A DNA stretch of 51,389 bases, counting the filler, from Sphacelaria rigidula (Eukaryota): NCBI GenBank assembly GCA_964200075.2. It is 4 parts of 4 records of this genome, joined end to end, with 100 filler letters (N's around TTAATTAATTAA, not from the genome) between each part and the next. Parts side by side here need not be neighbours in the genome. Positions count along the whole stretch, not along the records: positions 38,620 to 51,389 come from CAXNAA020003431.1; 3 more parts are not named here. One strand, written 5' to 3'. This document shows, one piece after another, positions 49,377-51,389 of this stretch. A program made the position numbers and the translations under genes. A model generated the notes under the pieces. That model was not told where the DNA came from. It was given only the letters and a program-made list of their open reading frames with translations, and searched no databases. Position 1 is the first letter of the stretch; the number at the start of each line of letters is the position of its first letter.

Positions 49377-50689
49377 ATAGCTTTGGTCTTTGCTTCTTTG
49401 GTTCCTAAAGGGGGCCCAAAAGGCGGGCCTCTCTATCACGGTGAAAAAAAGGAGCGTGTGCAAATATATGTAGAACGAAACAACACGCGTCGAAATAAGC
49501 AGCACGTGTGTCAATTCGTCGCTGCGACCATAGACCCGCCCAGCGACCATCAACGTGCTGCTTGTGGATCAAAGGTTGTGACATGGAGACAGTCTTTATG
49601 TCATATCCTTTGTTGTGGACTCTCGTTTCGTTTGTCGCGTATTTTTTGTCACGTCAAGACGAGGCGTATGTGTCTCAAGGCGTGGCATTATTTTTCGATA
49701 AATATAGCGGTTGGAGCATGGAGGAACAAAATTCCCCCCTGATTGGTGGTGATTTCAACTTTTATTGCAATTATTTATTCTTGGCAACAGATTTTTGGCC
49801 GCGGTGCTTCAGATTTTGAAATAATTCGTCTTACACCGAGAGTGCCCCCCTCAAAATAGAGACCCTCTGCCCCTTTTTCGAATCCTGGAGTTTTTCGGGG
49901 GGGGCGGGGGGGTTACTCAATACCATACATGGATAAAAAACGTATACTCAAAAACAAATTCGTATATATGGATCACTACACAACAGAAGAATGCCGCCAG
50001 AGGGTTATGATCCCTCGCCTTTCTGAGACAGCAGAGCGCTCTATCGATTAAGCTATGACGGTGCGTTGAGGACAGGACAAGATCCCAGAAGAGGGTTGAG
50101 ATGTTGAGTGAGAGACGGGGGGGCGAGCAGCGATGACTCGCACCTTGTCTCGGATGACAGACAGGCCACAAACCAGTCAAGCTTACAGAATATGCTTGTG
50201 GTGTGGTATAAAGTCAAGCTCACAGTATGGGAGCTTGGTGGTGTTGTGTGTATTGGTTTCAAGCCTGGAGCGTACCCGTAGCTCCGTGGCTTCCAAGGCA
50301 CACAGACAGACAGACAGTTCGAGATCTTTGGGATCGGACAAGCCGACAGTCGAGGAACATTCCTCGTGACTGGAAGTTTCCTATGGACAGGGCCTGTTGG
50401 TCTGGTTCTGGACAGAACCAAAGGCATGTTGGGTTCGCATAGCTGGGATTCACATCACCCCCCTAGTTATGACGGTATTAGTTTACGCATTCCGTCAAAA
50501 CTACAGAGTAAGTGACCTCAGTTGATGCGAATACCCAACGTCCCTCAGAATCTAGATCCGGAGTACTCACTCACAACATTCCGGTGTAGATGTACAGGAT
50601 GACGAGTTACATGCAAACCAAAGCTATGTTTGAGTTCATGAGTATCGTTTTGATAAAAATTGAAGTATTTTGAAGTATCAAAAATAGTC

Positions 50690-50751
50690 AATATTATGGA
50701 GGCGGTGTGTTTGAGTGTTATTCCTTTTTAATATTATGGAGGCGGTGTGTT
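50690..50751. repeat. 22-bp direct repeat, 2 copies
   Basis: AATATTATGGAGGCGGTGTGTT at 50690 and 50730. Confidence 0.85.
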
Positions 50752-51124
50752 GATCATATAAATAATCCGAAACGGCGAAACACTTTGAGACGGTCATGGT
50801 CCAAGGCCTAACATATGATGCCGTAACGACCAGACGACTTTGGGGAAGAGGGCTCCACATCAGCCCGGATAACTGGTACTACAGAGGTCGAGCACGCATA
50901 TCTCAGCGGGAGAGTGCAAGAAGGTATGTCGCAACGTGGTTGAGAAGCATTCATTGTTCGATATATGTACGTCGCCGCTGCGGCGACAATACAATGTAAT
51001 GATCGCCTGTTGTCCGCCTACTCTGACGGCATGCCGCCTTTACTATACGAGGTAGGCCATGAGTGCGGCGAAGAGTAAGCATATATAGAGAGGGTGCAAC
51101 GTCTTCGCTGCTGTGCGTTGCGCC

Positions 51125-51310
51125 GTACCATGCATCGGCGCATGTCGCCATGCTACAGTAATTCATGTCCACGGTGCACTTGTGATTCCCCCGTGTGTGT
51201 TTGCTGCGTGTTGAAGACGACCCGAGGTTGACATTGCTCCCTCATGTTGAGCAGGACTGCTCTCTGACACTGCTATAGTTAGTGCAGTATAGTCCGTATA
51301 TATGACGTCT
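51125..51310 (-). pseudogene. Possible Ty3/gypsy RNase H remnant
   Basis: 'VIYTDYTALT', 'SGRL', 'HRG' and 'ADA' appear in the order of the Ty3 RNase H pattern (TDH.AL...RL.RW...HR.G..N..ADALSR), across frameshifts. Confidence 0.3.
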
Positions 51311-51389
51311 TCGTGACTACAGATTGATTCAGGGTATTGTAACACCCCCTCGGACCATATGCTGTAGTGCTCATATGAGTTAGGAATAG

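Noticed and set aside
50055..50457. Solo LTR (TG...CA)
   Set aside because: The termini are suggestive, but no matching 4-6 bp TSD, PBS or PPT could be found.

Overview
Eukaryotic DNA, most likely from a brown alga (Phaeophyceae). This is inferred from GC-rich Gly/Ser-rich exons, 0.2-0.8 kb GT-AG introns and SINE/MITE families that resemble Ectocarpales repeats. The window is not one locus. It is four contigs of near-identical, descending length (12774, 12774, 12771, 12770 bp) joined by artificial 100-bp N44-TTAATTAATTAA-N44 linkers. Contig 1 (1-12774) is transposon debris: an RTE LINE 3' end, foldback MITEs, a hAT MITE, long inverted repeats and a Ty3 integrase remnant. Contig 2 (12875-25648) carries a minus-strand, at least 2-exon gene (~958 aa) with polyQ, six copies of a short amphipathic-helix motif, an NLS-like basic patch and a possible truncated Cys finger. 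Contig 3 (25749-38519) carries a 5'-incomplete 10-exon minus-strand gene (2231 aa recovered) with AsmA-like, TULIP/HAM1-like and SH3-like segments. Contig 4 (38620-51389) is again transposon debris: hAT and mariner deletion derivatives, a piggyBac-like MITE, a tRNA-derived SINE, a 42-bp minisatellite and Ty3 remnants. No prokaryotic operon, CRISPR array or viral gene cluster is supported. All domain calls come from motif recognition by eye and need HMM or structure confirmation.
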